From Minisyncoccota bacterium (GTDB lineage Bacteria > Patescibacteriota > Minisyncoccia > UBA6257 > JAGOQP01), in assembly GCA_017991375.1 (NCBI GenBank), contig JAGOQP010000006.1, forward strand, positions 3,200-67,199: 64,000 nucleotides of DNA. Direction: 5' to 3'. Position numbers and translations under genes: made by a program. This document shows positions 47,794 to 55,926 of the stretch, piece by piece; position 1 is the stretch's first letter, and each line of letters opens with the position of its first letter. The notes beneath the pieces are model-generated. The model had not been told where the DNA came from and did not search any database. It saw only the letters and a list, made by a program, of their open reading frames with translations.

Positions 47794-47928
47794 AAAACTA
47801 CTTGCGGAATCCAACGACGCGGCAGCAGGAGTTGAAGTAGCTACTGAGCCAATAGTCGTTCCGATACCACTGGCCAACGTGGAAGATCAGGCACTGAACG
47901 TGGCGATTGCCGTACTCGTCGAGCAGAA
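47794..47928 (-). repeat. DGR variable repeat (VR) at the 3' end of the target gene
   Basis: It differs from the TR at 12 positions, all TR adenines (coding strand). Encodes ...LLDEYGNRHVQCLIFHVGQWYRNDYWLSSYFNSCCRVVGFRK*. Confidence 0.85.
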
Positions 47929-48391
47929 CCGTACCGGGGAAGATCAGTACGAACTTCTGCCACTCTTCCGGAACGAGTTCCGGATGGGTAGCTAGACGCT
48001 CGAATGTCCGGTTGCCCGCAGGGAAGGTCTTGGCGAGAGAGCGCTTGAGCATCTCCTCGCCATTAACGCAGGACTCGCCGGCAGAGCAGAACTCGATCAA
48101 CTCGAGCTCCACGTCCTTGCCGGCAAAGGGCTCTTCGTGGTTTTCTGCGACCTCCTTTGCCCAAGGGGGCAGAGTGAGAGCGGAGGGGAGAACAAGGCGA
48201 ATGATGTTGCGCGCCTTCCGCCCAGCCTCCACGATATCGCCAGCCCATTTGTCAATGAGCGGCGACCCGTCCTTGAGGGCATTGTACACGTCCTCGATTG
48301 TGCCACCAAGCCGCTCGACCGCCCTGAAAAGGGCGATGAAAAAGCTGGCGGCAAACCCAAGCCCACTCACGATTGAAGTATTCTTAGCCAT
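47798..48391 (-). CDS. DGR target (variable) protein, small secreted/membrane-anchored
   Basis: Start trimmed to MAKNTSIVSGLGFAASFFIALF (signal/TM) with RBS GGGGGAGGAAG. The VR forms the C-terminal 44 aa. Confidence 0.7.
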   Translation of the reverse strand: MAKNTSIVSGLGFAASFFIALFRAVERLGGTIEDVYNALKDGSPLIDKWAGDIVEAGRKARNIIRLVLPSALTLPPWAKEVAENHEEPFAGKDVELELIEFCSAGESCVNGEEMLKRSLAKTFPAGNRTFERLATHPELVPEEWQKFVLIFPGTVLLDEYGNRHVQCLIFHVGQWYRNDYWLSSYFNSCCRVVGFRK

Positions 48392-48491
48392 ATCTTCCTC
48401 CCCCGGCCCCTCGTTCCGACTCCCATCGGAACCCCAGACCGTTTTGTAGCGCTTCACTCCTCCTCGAGCTCATCTCTTAAAGAAGTTCAGC

Positions 48492-48560
48492 GTTTGTATG
48501 CAGTTTTTGACACATAACATATATGTTATGTCTACATTGACCCAAAAACTGCATACAAAC
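48492..48560 (-). promoter_or_regulatory. 17-bp perfect inverted repeat flanking a 20-bp palindrome in the target-gene leader
   Basis: gtttgtatgcagttttt ... aaaaactgcatacaaac, with the inner palindrome acataacatatatgttatgt. It lies between the promoter (48602-48631) and the start codon. Confidence 0.6.
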
Positions 48561-48574
48561 ATCTTCCACAAGTA

Positions 48575-48640
48575 GTATTTTAGCGTGCTTTTAACAAACA
48601 GATTATAACATATTATATGCTATTTTGTCAAGTGCTTTCG
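48575..48640 (-). promoter_or_regulatory. Conserved near-consensus promoter plus leader, copy 3 (drives the DGR target gene)
   Basis: TTGACA (48626-48631), spacer aaatagcatataatatgt (18 nt), TATAAT (48602-48607), leader ...aaaagcacgctaaaatac. Confidence 0.65.
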
Positions 48641-48759
48641 GGATGAAATTAGTTATTTGAAAAAATATAAACACATCGTTTTAAAAAGCAAAGGCGCTCT
48701 CTCAAGCGCCTTCCATCTCCGTTTTTAGTTATTATTAATAATTGCCAATTACAAGTCAT

Positions 48760-49332
48760 CTACTTTCCCTTCTCCACTCTTTCAACATATTCTCCGGTTT
48801 CTGTATTTATTCTAATAATATCCTCCTCTCCAATGAAGAATGGAACATTGACTTTGGCTCCTGTTTCAATAGTAACCTGCTTTGATCCCCCAGACGCAGT
48901 ATCCCCTTTAATCGCCGGGGGGCATTCGGTAATCGCAAAATCCATTTTGATGGGAAGTTGAATACGAATTAACTTTTCGTTCCACATAAGCGCGGTGGCT
49001 TCGGTATTGGCCTTGAGAAACTGAGACGACATTCCCAGTTGATCACTCGTGAGCGAAAATCTGTTCTTAGGATTTCCCACTTCATCAAACCAATACTGGC
49101 CACGATTCTCATAGAGAAAACGCACCTGTTTGCGATCAATATCGGCCTCCTGAAACTCATCTGATCCTTGAAACGATGTCTCTTTGACTTTGCCGGTAAT
49201 AACTTCTTTAAGCTTCACCTTCATAACCGGCTTTCTCTGTTGCATACGTAAAAAATTGGCCTCTAAGACCTCATAAATTGAGTTTTCAAATTCAATGATG
49301 TGCCCTGGACGGACTTCGTTATATGAAAGCAT
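48760..49332 (-). CDS. efp: Elongation factor P
   Basis: 190 aa; KOW-like N-terminal domain with the GKG loop region; three-domain length. Confidence 0.9.
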   Translation of the reverse strand: MLSYNEVRPGHIIEFENSIYEVLEANFLRMQQRKPVMKVKLKEVITGKVKETSFQGSDEFQEADIDRKQVRFLYENRGQYWFDEVGNPKNRFSLTSDQLGMSSQFLKANTEATALMWNEKLIRIQLPIKMDFAITECPPAIKGDTASGGSKQVTIETGAKVNVPFFIGEEDIIRINTETGEYVERVEKGK

Positions 49333-49449
49333 AGATGTAGGTAACTAACAACAAACAACTTACGACTTACGACTGAAGGTGAAAAAACCATTGATTATAC
49401 GGCGGGATATGGGACAGAAAAACCTTCGTCAAAAATCAATGGTAAATGA

Positions 49450-50973
49450 TTAAGGATTATTTTCGTCTTCCTTCTCTTCGCTATTTTTTGATTGTTCTCC
49501 TTCCGACGATTTATGTGATAATGCTTGACGAATAATTTCTTGCAAACTTACTACGTCCGACGGTTCGGCGGGTGCTTTTTTATCATGAGATGTATTCTCG
49601 TGTCGCTGGCCACCTCCATTTCTAGGACGAAGCGCTTCGTCAAGCGATCGTTCATTTTTTCTAAGTACTGTTTCAGACACCGTGGTTGCCGAAGCGTTAA
49701 TATACTCCGAGGCAATTTTTTCTTCAACTTTTGCCCGTGGAAGCGCGTATTTCTCCCGCGACGCCTGGAGGATGGTATCAAAAAGAGAAACCGAAGGCAA
49801 GTGAAGTGGTGACAATGTGCGCGCGGAAAATGGTTTTGACGAAACACCATCAATCATTAAATTGACGTATATGTTGAAGTTGGGAAGGTTCACAAAATCG
49901 TTTGCTAAAAATGACGGCGCGAATTCTTTTTCCAACGCCTCGCCGTCTATCGCGCCAACACGAAACACGATCATAGTACCAACGTTTCCAAATATAGCGG
50001 CACGCACGGTATCATCAAGTTGTTCAATATACTGGTGCGCCAAGACAAGCGAAAGGCGGTATTTACGCGCTTCAGAAAGAATGTTTGCAAACGATTCGGT
50101 AGCGAAGTTTTGAAATTCGTCGACATAGAGATAAAAATCTCTCCGCTCCTCCATAGGAATGTTGACGCGGGACATTGCCGCCAACTGAATTTTGGTGATA
50201 AGCATCGCCCCCAAAAGCGCGGAGTTGTCTTCTCCTATTTTTCCTTTTGACAAGTTAACAATGAGAATTTTCCCCTCGTCCATTGCTTTGCGCACATCAA
50301 ACGATGAATGTACTTGCCCGATGATATTGCGAATGAGTGGATTTGAGACAAATTGCCCAATTTTATTTTGAATGGCGGCGACTGCTTCGGTTTCAAACTT
50401 TTGTGAATATTTTGAGTATTCATCTACCCAAAACGAGCGGACCACTGGGTCTTGTAGATTCTCCACAATCCCCTTGCGGTATTCTTTATCCGAAAACATC
50501 TTCATGATCCCCAGTAACGTTGAATTTGGATATTCCAATAGCGCGAGAAGGGTGTTATTGAGAATATACTCCATACGGGCGCTCCACACATCGGGCCAAA
50601 TTTTCTTAAACACCGACATGATACCCGAAGCAACCAAGTGTCGTAGCTCAAAATCAACTCGTTCGAGAGGATTAAACGCTATGGGGAACGCCGTGTCTGA
50701 AGGATCAATATAAATAACATCATCAACGCGTTGTTCGGGAATCATACGCACCGCGTCTTCGGCAAATTCGCCGTGCGGATCAATAATGCACACCCCTCGT
50801 CCCGCCACAATATCTGAGATGGCCATATTGGAAAGCAACGTACTTTTCCCCGTGCCTGATTTTCCCAATATGTACATGTGCTGTCTGCGATCTCTGATTT
50901 TAATGCCAAATTTCCGCTCCTCATTGCGGAAATTAGTTGAACCAAACAGCAAAATGTCGTTATCGTTTGCCAT
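49450..50973 (-). CDS. FtsK/HerA-superfamily (VirB4/VirD4/DUF87-like) P-loop ATPase
   Basis: Walker A ILGKSGTGKST, CIIDPHGE, Walker B LYVDEFQNF, and the C-terminal RKYRLSLVLAHQ motif. Confidence 0.65.
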   Translation of the reverse strand: MANDNDILLFGSTNFRNEERKFGIKIRDRRQHMYILGKSGTGKSTLLSNMAISDIVAGRGVCIIDPHGEFAEDAVRMIPEQRVDDVIYIDPSDTAFPIAFNPLERVDFELRHLVASGIMSVFKKIWPDVWSARMEYILNNTLLALLEYPNSTLLGIMKMFSDKEYRKGIVENLQDPVVRSFWVDEYSKYSQKFETEAVAAIQNKIGQFVSNPLIRNIIGQVHSSFDVRKAMDEGKILIVNLSKGKIGEDNSALLGAMLITKIQLAAMSRVNIPMEERRDFYLYVDEFQNFATESFANILSEARKYRLSLVLAHQYIEQLDDTVRAAIFGNVGTMIVFRVGAIDGEALEKEFAPSFLANDFVNLPNFNIYVNLMIDGVSSKPFSARTLSPLHLPSVSLFDTILQASREKYALPRAKVEEKIASEYINASATTVSETVLRKNERSLDEALRPRNGGGQRHENTSHDKKAPAEPSDVVSLQEIIRQALSHKSSEGEQSKNSEEKEDENNP

Positions 50974-50980
50974 ATATACA

Positions 50981-52189
50981 TTATTCCCCCAATGGAAGAT
51001 TTACGGGCGCTTCTGAGGTGCGTGATTGAATCGCTTGCAATTTAGGGGCCTTTACCACACTGGTAGGAAAATGAAACAATGTCGCGAGTTCTTCGATGCT
51101 CACCACTGGCAGATCTTCATCCACCAATCGCCCCGAATATCCAAACTTTCGCTGAACATAAAGATCATACACTCTACGTTTTTTGGAAAGTGATTTGTAT
51201 TTTTTATACCACTTAAAAACACGTGTAAGCACGCCTCCGGTAACGGTTACTAGTCGATCGGGCTTAAGCGCGTTGAGATGGTTTGCGTTAAATTGCTGAA
51301 ACGCCCCCATGACCGAAGCAACGTTAAGTGCAGTAAATTCTTTGCGATTGTCTATATACACAAATCGCATGCAGAGTTGAAACACTTGTTTTGAACATTT
51401 TCGCTCAATAGATTCTATAACTTCCCGATCTCCCGGCGTCATACGAAACATGGCCATATTTTTCGCCGTTGGATCATCACTTGCGCCCTTTTTTTCGATA
51501 AATGCTTTAATTTCGTTTTGGCCTTCGTCTTTAAGTGATGCTGTTGGTGAAAAAAGAAGTTGTATCCACACCATCTCGTCGCTTTTTAGTTTTGACATTG
51601 CCTCAAAGATGGTTGCTAGAGGATCGATACGTTTTTCTTCTTTTGGTGCGTCTTCAAAGTACGAGTACGTACGAAGTGGATAGGGGTGTTTTTTTACGAG
51701 CGAAAATCCTGTCCCCCATAAATCCCACGCATCGTTAGGAAGGTGTCGAGGAAGTTCTTGTGTGTAATCCTGCGAGAGTATGAGCTCGGCGTCAGGATAT
51801 TGGGCATAGATTGCCGATTCAAAGAGATTTTTATGTGTTTTGGGAATGCGCGCATAGAATGAAATACCCCCTCCTCGTCCCACTAATTCAAACGACATCC
51901 AAATTTCTACCTTTCCATCAAGATATTTATCCAACGGTTTTATGCCAAACGAGTACATTCCATACAAGCTCGCAAAAACCTGCTCCATTGATTTGATAGA
52001 TTTCATAGATTCGCGCGGAACACGAATCTCATACATAAGCCATTCAATTTTTGATACAAAAGCGGCTCGTCGTGCCATCAATCGAATTTCCCACCACATC
52101 GCAAATAGAAAAAGCGGCACCACAAACCACAGCACAGTGGCAATACTGTTAAAGGCGCTTGAAGTGGTGAGTTGTACTAAATCATTCAT
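50981..52189 (-). CDS. Hypothetical membrane-anchored partner of the ATPase
   Basis: N-terminal TM (IATVLWFVVPLFLFAMWW). Its stop abuts the ATPase start 8 nt away. Confidence 0.45.
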   Translation of the reverse strand: MNDLVQLTTSSAFNSIATVLWFVVPLFLFAMWWEIRLMARRAAFVSKIEWLMYEIRVPRESMKSIKSMEQVFASLYGMYSFGIKPLDKYLDGKVEIWMSFELVGRGGGISFYARIPKTHKNLFESAIYAQYPDAELILSQDYTQELPRHLPNDAWDLWGTGFSLVKKHPYPLRTYSYFEDAPKEEKRIDPLATIFEAMSKLKSDEMVWIQLLFSPTASLKDEGQNEIKAFIEKKGASDDPTAKNMAMFRMTPGDREVIESIERKCSKQVFQLCMRFVYIDNRKEFTALNVASVMGAFQQFNANHLNALKPDRLVTVTGGVLTRVFKWYKKYKSLSKKRRVYDLYVQRKFGYSGRLVDEDLPVVSIEELATLFHFPTSVVKAPKLQAIQSRTSEAPVNLPLGE

Positions 52190-52275
52190 ATCCCTTTATG
52201 GTAATAGTACACAAAAAATGCCCCTAAAACAAATCCCGCCCTTTTGGTATTACGAAAAGGGCGGGATGAGTGTTT

Positions 52276-53304
52276 TTAGGCAATGTAATATCGTCCATCA
52301 GAGAGACGCTTGAAATACTTCTTGTTCTGAAGATTGAGCACGATCGTATTGTGTTTTAGCACACGTTGTTGACTCACCAGCTGGACAACGCGATCAACAT
52401 GCGATGGGCCATTTTTTTTGAGCAATTTATGAATAATCTCACGAGCGGTCCCTTCCTCAATACCAAACTCCTTGAGTGAGTACAACCCACGCCCCACGAG
52501 CACAAAGCGTTTATCTTTGATGAGTTCATTGTGCACGGTCTGGGGATGAGCTTTCTTACTATCAAAGCGAACCTTATTAATCTCTTGCGCGATATCACGA
52601 AAATGGAGCGGAGAGCGACGCTTCTTGAGGATGAGATATGATTTATCACGAACAGTTTTCGGTTTTATCTCCGGCCACGAAACAAGTCCCGTATCACCAA
52701 AGGGGCTCACCGCAAATAGTTTTGAGTTGAGTAAAAAGTTAAGAGCGATAAAATCACTCATCTTGTGCTGACGAGCGGCTTGAGCAAATAACTCGTCAAA
52801 TTTCTTGCGTTCAATGACGGCTTCTTTTTTTGTTTTGAGAATCTGAGCAACTTTCGCAATGAATCGCTTGAGTTCTTTAACGTGGTCCGGTTTTAAATAC
52901 CAAAAACCATGGAATTCTTTATTATCCAGAAAAAATTCTGGCGAGCGGAATATGCCAAAAAGCAATTCTACATAGGGCTCACTCAATGCCTGGTCACGCA
53001 AAACAAATTTGAGATCGTTGATAAGAAAGTCGGCGCGGCGCACCCCTCCAACACTTTCCAGATGATCTATACTCTTTTTATAGATACCCAAAAGACGATC
53101 GTTGTCTTGCGCGTGTTTCTCCAATACTTTAAGTGCCGCAACCTCAATTTGGCGCACTCGTTCACGAGTAACACCATATCTTTTTCCAAGAAGCGCCAAT
53201 GTTTTGGGTTTTCCCCCTCCAATACCAAAGCGCTGGACGATAACTTCTTTTTGACGACCTGCAAGTGCGCGCGGCACTAGTTCATCGAGTAATTGTTTAA
53301 GCAT
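52276..53304 (-). CDS. Sigma-70 region-4 (HTH) domain protein with a long unique C-terminal extension
   Basis: The N-terminus RQKEVIVQRFGIGGGKPKTLALLGKRYGVTRERVRQIEVAALKVL is a classic sigma70 r4 HTH. Regions 2 and 3 are absent. Confidence 0.5.
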   Translation of the reverse strand: MLKQLLDELVPRALAGRQKEVIVQRFGIGGGKPKTLALLGKRYGVTRERVRQIEVAALKVLEKHAQDNDRLLGIYKKSIDHLESVGGVRRADFLINDLKFVLRDQALSEPYVELLFGIFRSPEFFLDNKEFHGFWYLKPDHVKELKRFIAKVAQILKTKKEAVIERKKFDELFAQAARQHKMSDFIALNFLLNSKLFAVSPFGDTGLVSWPEIKPKTVRDKSYLILKKRRSPLHFRDIAQEINKVRFDSKKAHPQTVHNELIKDKRFVLVGRGLYSLKEFGIEEGTAREIIHKLLKKNGPSHVDRVVQLVSQQRVLKHNTIVLNLQNKKYFKRLSDGRYYIA

Positions 53305-53365
53305 ACAATAGAAACGTTTTTATAAAACCCTCCCACCCTCCCTCTGGTAGGGGTGTTTGAGGGCT

Positions 53366-54274
53366 CTATTTTGTTGTCTTCTTATTTCTACCAAAATTAT
53401 ACCAAATAGTCAATAGCGGGCTCGCGATGAAGATAGACGAGTATGTTCCAATAACAGTCCCTATAAGCAAGACAAGAGTAAAGTACCGCAGAGACGGAGC
53501 CCCCACTATAAGCATTACCAGAAGCATCAAGAACAGTGTTAGCGAGGTATTTATTGAACGCGCCATAGTTTGGTTAACACTTTCGTTGACCACTTCTTCG
53601 AATGGCTGGTTTCTGCGGCTCAATAAATTCTCACGAATACGATCAAAAACAACAATCGTGTCATGAACCGAAAAACCCATAATAACCAAGAGCGCGACGA
53701 TAAAGTTCGAATCCATTTCAACACCCTTTAGATACCCCAACAACGCAATAACGCCAGTGGGTACGATTACATCGTGAAGTAATGCGATAAGAGTCGCAGT
53801 CCCATATTTCCACGAAGCAACAGGAAATGATACTTTACGAAATGAAATGGCGATATACACAGAGATCCCCAAAAGCACAAGCACAATAGCCCAGAGAGCT
53901 TTTGAGCGCAGTTGATCGCCAACCGCTGGGCCAATCGCTTCAAAACGAAGTTCCTCCACTGATCCAAACGTCCTAGTAAATTCTTTAAGCAATTCCTGAT
54001 GGCGTATCTCATCCACGTTTTGCATTTTAATTAACAGGGAACGAGATGATGTTTCACGATACGCAACTGCCTCGATATTGCTTTTGTTTTTAAGATAATC
54101 AACGACTGATTGCTCACTCACCGCAGGATCAGAAAAACGAATCTGCCAAAGAGCTCCCCCTGTAAAATCAATCCCTGCCTTGAGACCAAACACGGCAATT
54201 GCCACTATACTTACGATAACCAGTACGACCGAGAAAGAGAGATATATTTTTTTGTGTCCTATGATGTTCATCAT
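53366..54274 (-). CDS. secF: Protein translocase subunit SecF
   Basis: Six-TM SecF topology with conserved periplasmic-loop motifs. Immediately downstream of secD. Confidence 0.9.
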   Translation of the reverse strand: MMNIIGHKKIYLSFSVVLVIVSIVAIAVFGLKAGIDFTGGALWQIRFSDPAVSEQSVVDYLKNKSNIEAVAYRETSSRSLLIKMQNVDEIRHQELLKEFTRTFGSVEELRFEAIGPAVGDQLRSKALWAIVLVLLGISVYIAISFRKVSFPVASWKYGTATLIALLHDVIVPTGVIALLGYLKGVEMDSNFIVALLVIMGFSVHDTIVVFDRIRENLLSRRNQPFEEVVNESVNQTMARSINTSLTLFLMLLVMLIVGAPSLRYFTLVLLIGTVIGTYSSIFIASPLLTIWYNFGRNKKTTK

Positions 54275-54277
54275 ATA

Positions 54278-55555
54278 TTAGTGAATTGCCTCTTTAACAA
54301 ACACGCGCATAAGATTACGCGTTACGGTAATAGCGGTAAACATGCTAATGACCACACCAATAAAAAGTGTGAGCGCTAATCCTTTGACAAAACTTGAGGT
54401 AAAGTTAAAGAGAATGAACGTGGTAATCATGGTGCTTACGTTTGAATCACGAATAGATGGCCACGCGCGACGGAATCCTTCTTTAATAGCAAGACCTTTG
54501 GCAAGTCCTCGTTTAAGCTCTTCCTTCGTGCGTTCAAAGATAAGGATGTTCGCGTCAACGGCCATACCAATAGAAAGCAGGAACCCCGCAATGCCCGCCA
54601 AAGACAAGGTAACAAAAATTTTAAAGAAAATGAGAGAAAACACTATGTACACCGCGAGCGCGATAGACGCCAACACACCATTAAATCGATAATACGAGAT
54701 CATAAACAGCATAATAACGAGCGTGCCAATGAGTCCCGCAAGTAATGATTTATTGAGTGAGTCGCGACCCAAACTCGCGCCAACGGTCTGCTGACTTTCA
54801 AGCGCAATGGGAGCTGGAAGTGCCCCGGCGTTAAATCGTTGCACGAGTTCTTTTGCGGTCTTTGCGGTAAAATTTCCCGAAATAACGGCCTTGCCCCCGG
54901 AAATCTTTTCTCTTACCACTGGTTCACTAATAGGTTGGTTATCTAGAAAGATGCCCACCACCTTGCCGACATTTTGTTCGGTAATTTGCTCAAAAAGTTT
55001 TCCTCCTTCGGTGGTAAATTCCAAAGCAACCTGCGCCTCCGCTGTTGTCTGATTAAACTCAAGCGTCGCGCGCTTTATATACTTTCCATTGAGCGCTGTG
55101 GGCACATACACTGCCTTATCTCCTTCGCCTTGAACGGCTCTAAAATCAAGGTATGGAGTAAGCCCAATTTCATCAATAGCTTTACTAACATCAGAAACGC
55201 CGGCAAGCTCTATAATAAGATAATAATCCCCTCCGCTTTGAGAGATTACTACTTGTGGCTCGCGAACACCAAAAAGATTGATGCGTTTTTCAATAACATC
55301 TCGAAGCCCAGCGGCTGTTTCTTGCCGATTAGCATCGGGCACCTGGGACATATCAATCTTGTAAGTAAGATGAGCGCCCCCAACAAGATCAAGCCCTAGT
55401 TTCCACGGCATGTGTTCGTTGAGCCATTTTTTTCCTGGAATTGGATTAAGTTTGTCGCTCTGAACAATAAAGAGAGCGCCGATAATAGTAACGACACAAA
55501 GAATAACGAGAAACAAAATCGTTTTTGATCTATTCATTGGCCACGATAATACCAC
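54278..55555 (-). CDS. secD: Protein translocase subunit SecD
   Basis: 425 aa; N-terminal TM, large periplasmic domain, C-terminal five-TM bundle. Confidence 0.9.
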   Translation of the reverse strand: MVLSWPMNRSKTILFLVILCVVTIIGALFIVQSDKLNPIPGKKWLNEHMPWKLGLDLVGGAHLTYKIDMSQVPDANRQETAAGLRDVIEKRINLFGVREPQVVISQSGGDYYLIIELAGVSDVSKAIDEIGLTPYLDFRAVQGEGDKAVYVPTALNGKYIKRATLEFNQTTAEAQVALEFTTEGGKLFEQITEQNVGKVVGIFLDNQPISEPVVREKISGGKAVISGNFTAKTAKELVQRFNAGALPAPIALESQQTVGASLGRDSLNKSLLAGLIGTLVIMLFMISYYRFNGVLASIALAVYIVFSLIFFKIFVTLSLAGIAGFLLSIGMAVDANILIFERTKEELKRGLAKGLAIKEGFRRAWPSIRDSNVSTMITTFILFNFTSSFVKGLALTLFIGVVISMFTAITVTRNLMRVFVKEAIH

Positions 55556-55639
55556 TTGAAACGATAAAAATCAAACGAACAACAGCAACGAACAGTGATT
55601 AGTGGATAGTGAGTAGTGAGAGAACGTAACTACCATATT

Positions 55640-55675
55640 TGACCCCTTTTTTCACGATCGTGAAAAAAGGGGTCA
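55640..55675. terminator. 36-bp perfect palindrome (bidirectional terminator) between nrdJ and secD
   Basis: TGACCCCTTTTTTCACGATCGTGAAAAAAGGGGTCA. Confidence 0.6.
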
Positions 55676-55926
55676 AAAATATTAGCAGAAGAAATCATTA
55701 ACTACTAATCCTTAACCGAAGGACGTATATAGTACTATGCCCTCCGAAGCTCGTAGAACAAAGGAGGGTTTCGTACCGCGTCCATCCAAATCCACCATTG
55801 ACGGAGAAGAGAGACATGCTACGTTCTCTCTCGCCAAGAGCGTACAATAACAAACAAAAGCAGAAAACACACCCTACAAAATCTTCTTCGTTGTTGGTGG
55901 TGAGTTTTTTGTTGTTTGGTTAACCT

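Larger units (their letters stand above)
45946..48640 (-). mobile_element. Diversity-generating retroelement cassette (target gene with VR, TR, avd, RT)
   Basis: RT, Avd, TR and VR with 12/12 adenine-specific substitutions, a downstream hairpin, and a dedicated promoter. Confidence 0.85.

Noticed and set aside
48392-48457. N-terminal extension MKRYKTVWGSDGSRNEGPGEED of the DGR target ORF
   Set aside because: It has no RBS, whereas the internal ATG at 48391 has a strong GGGGGAGGAAG and begins a signal/TM helix. The extension is treated as 5' UTR.
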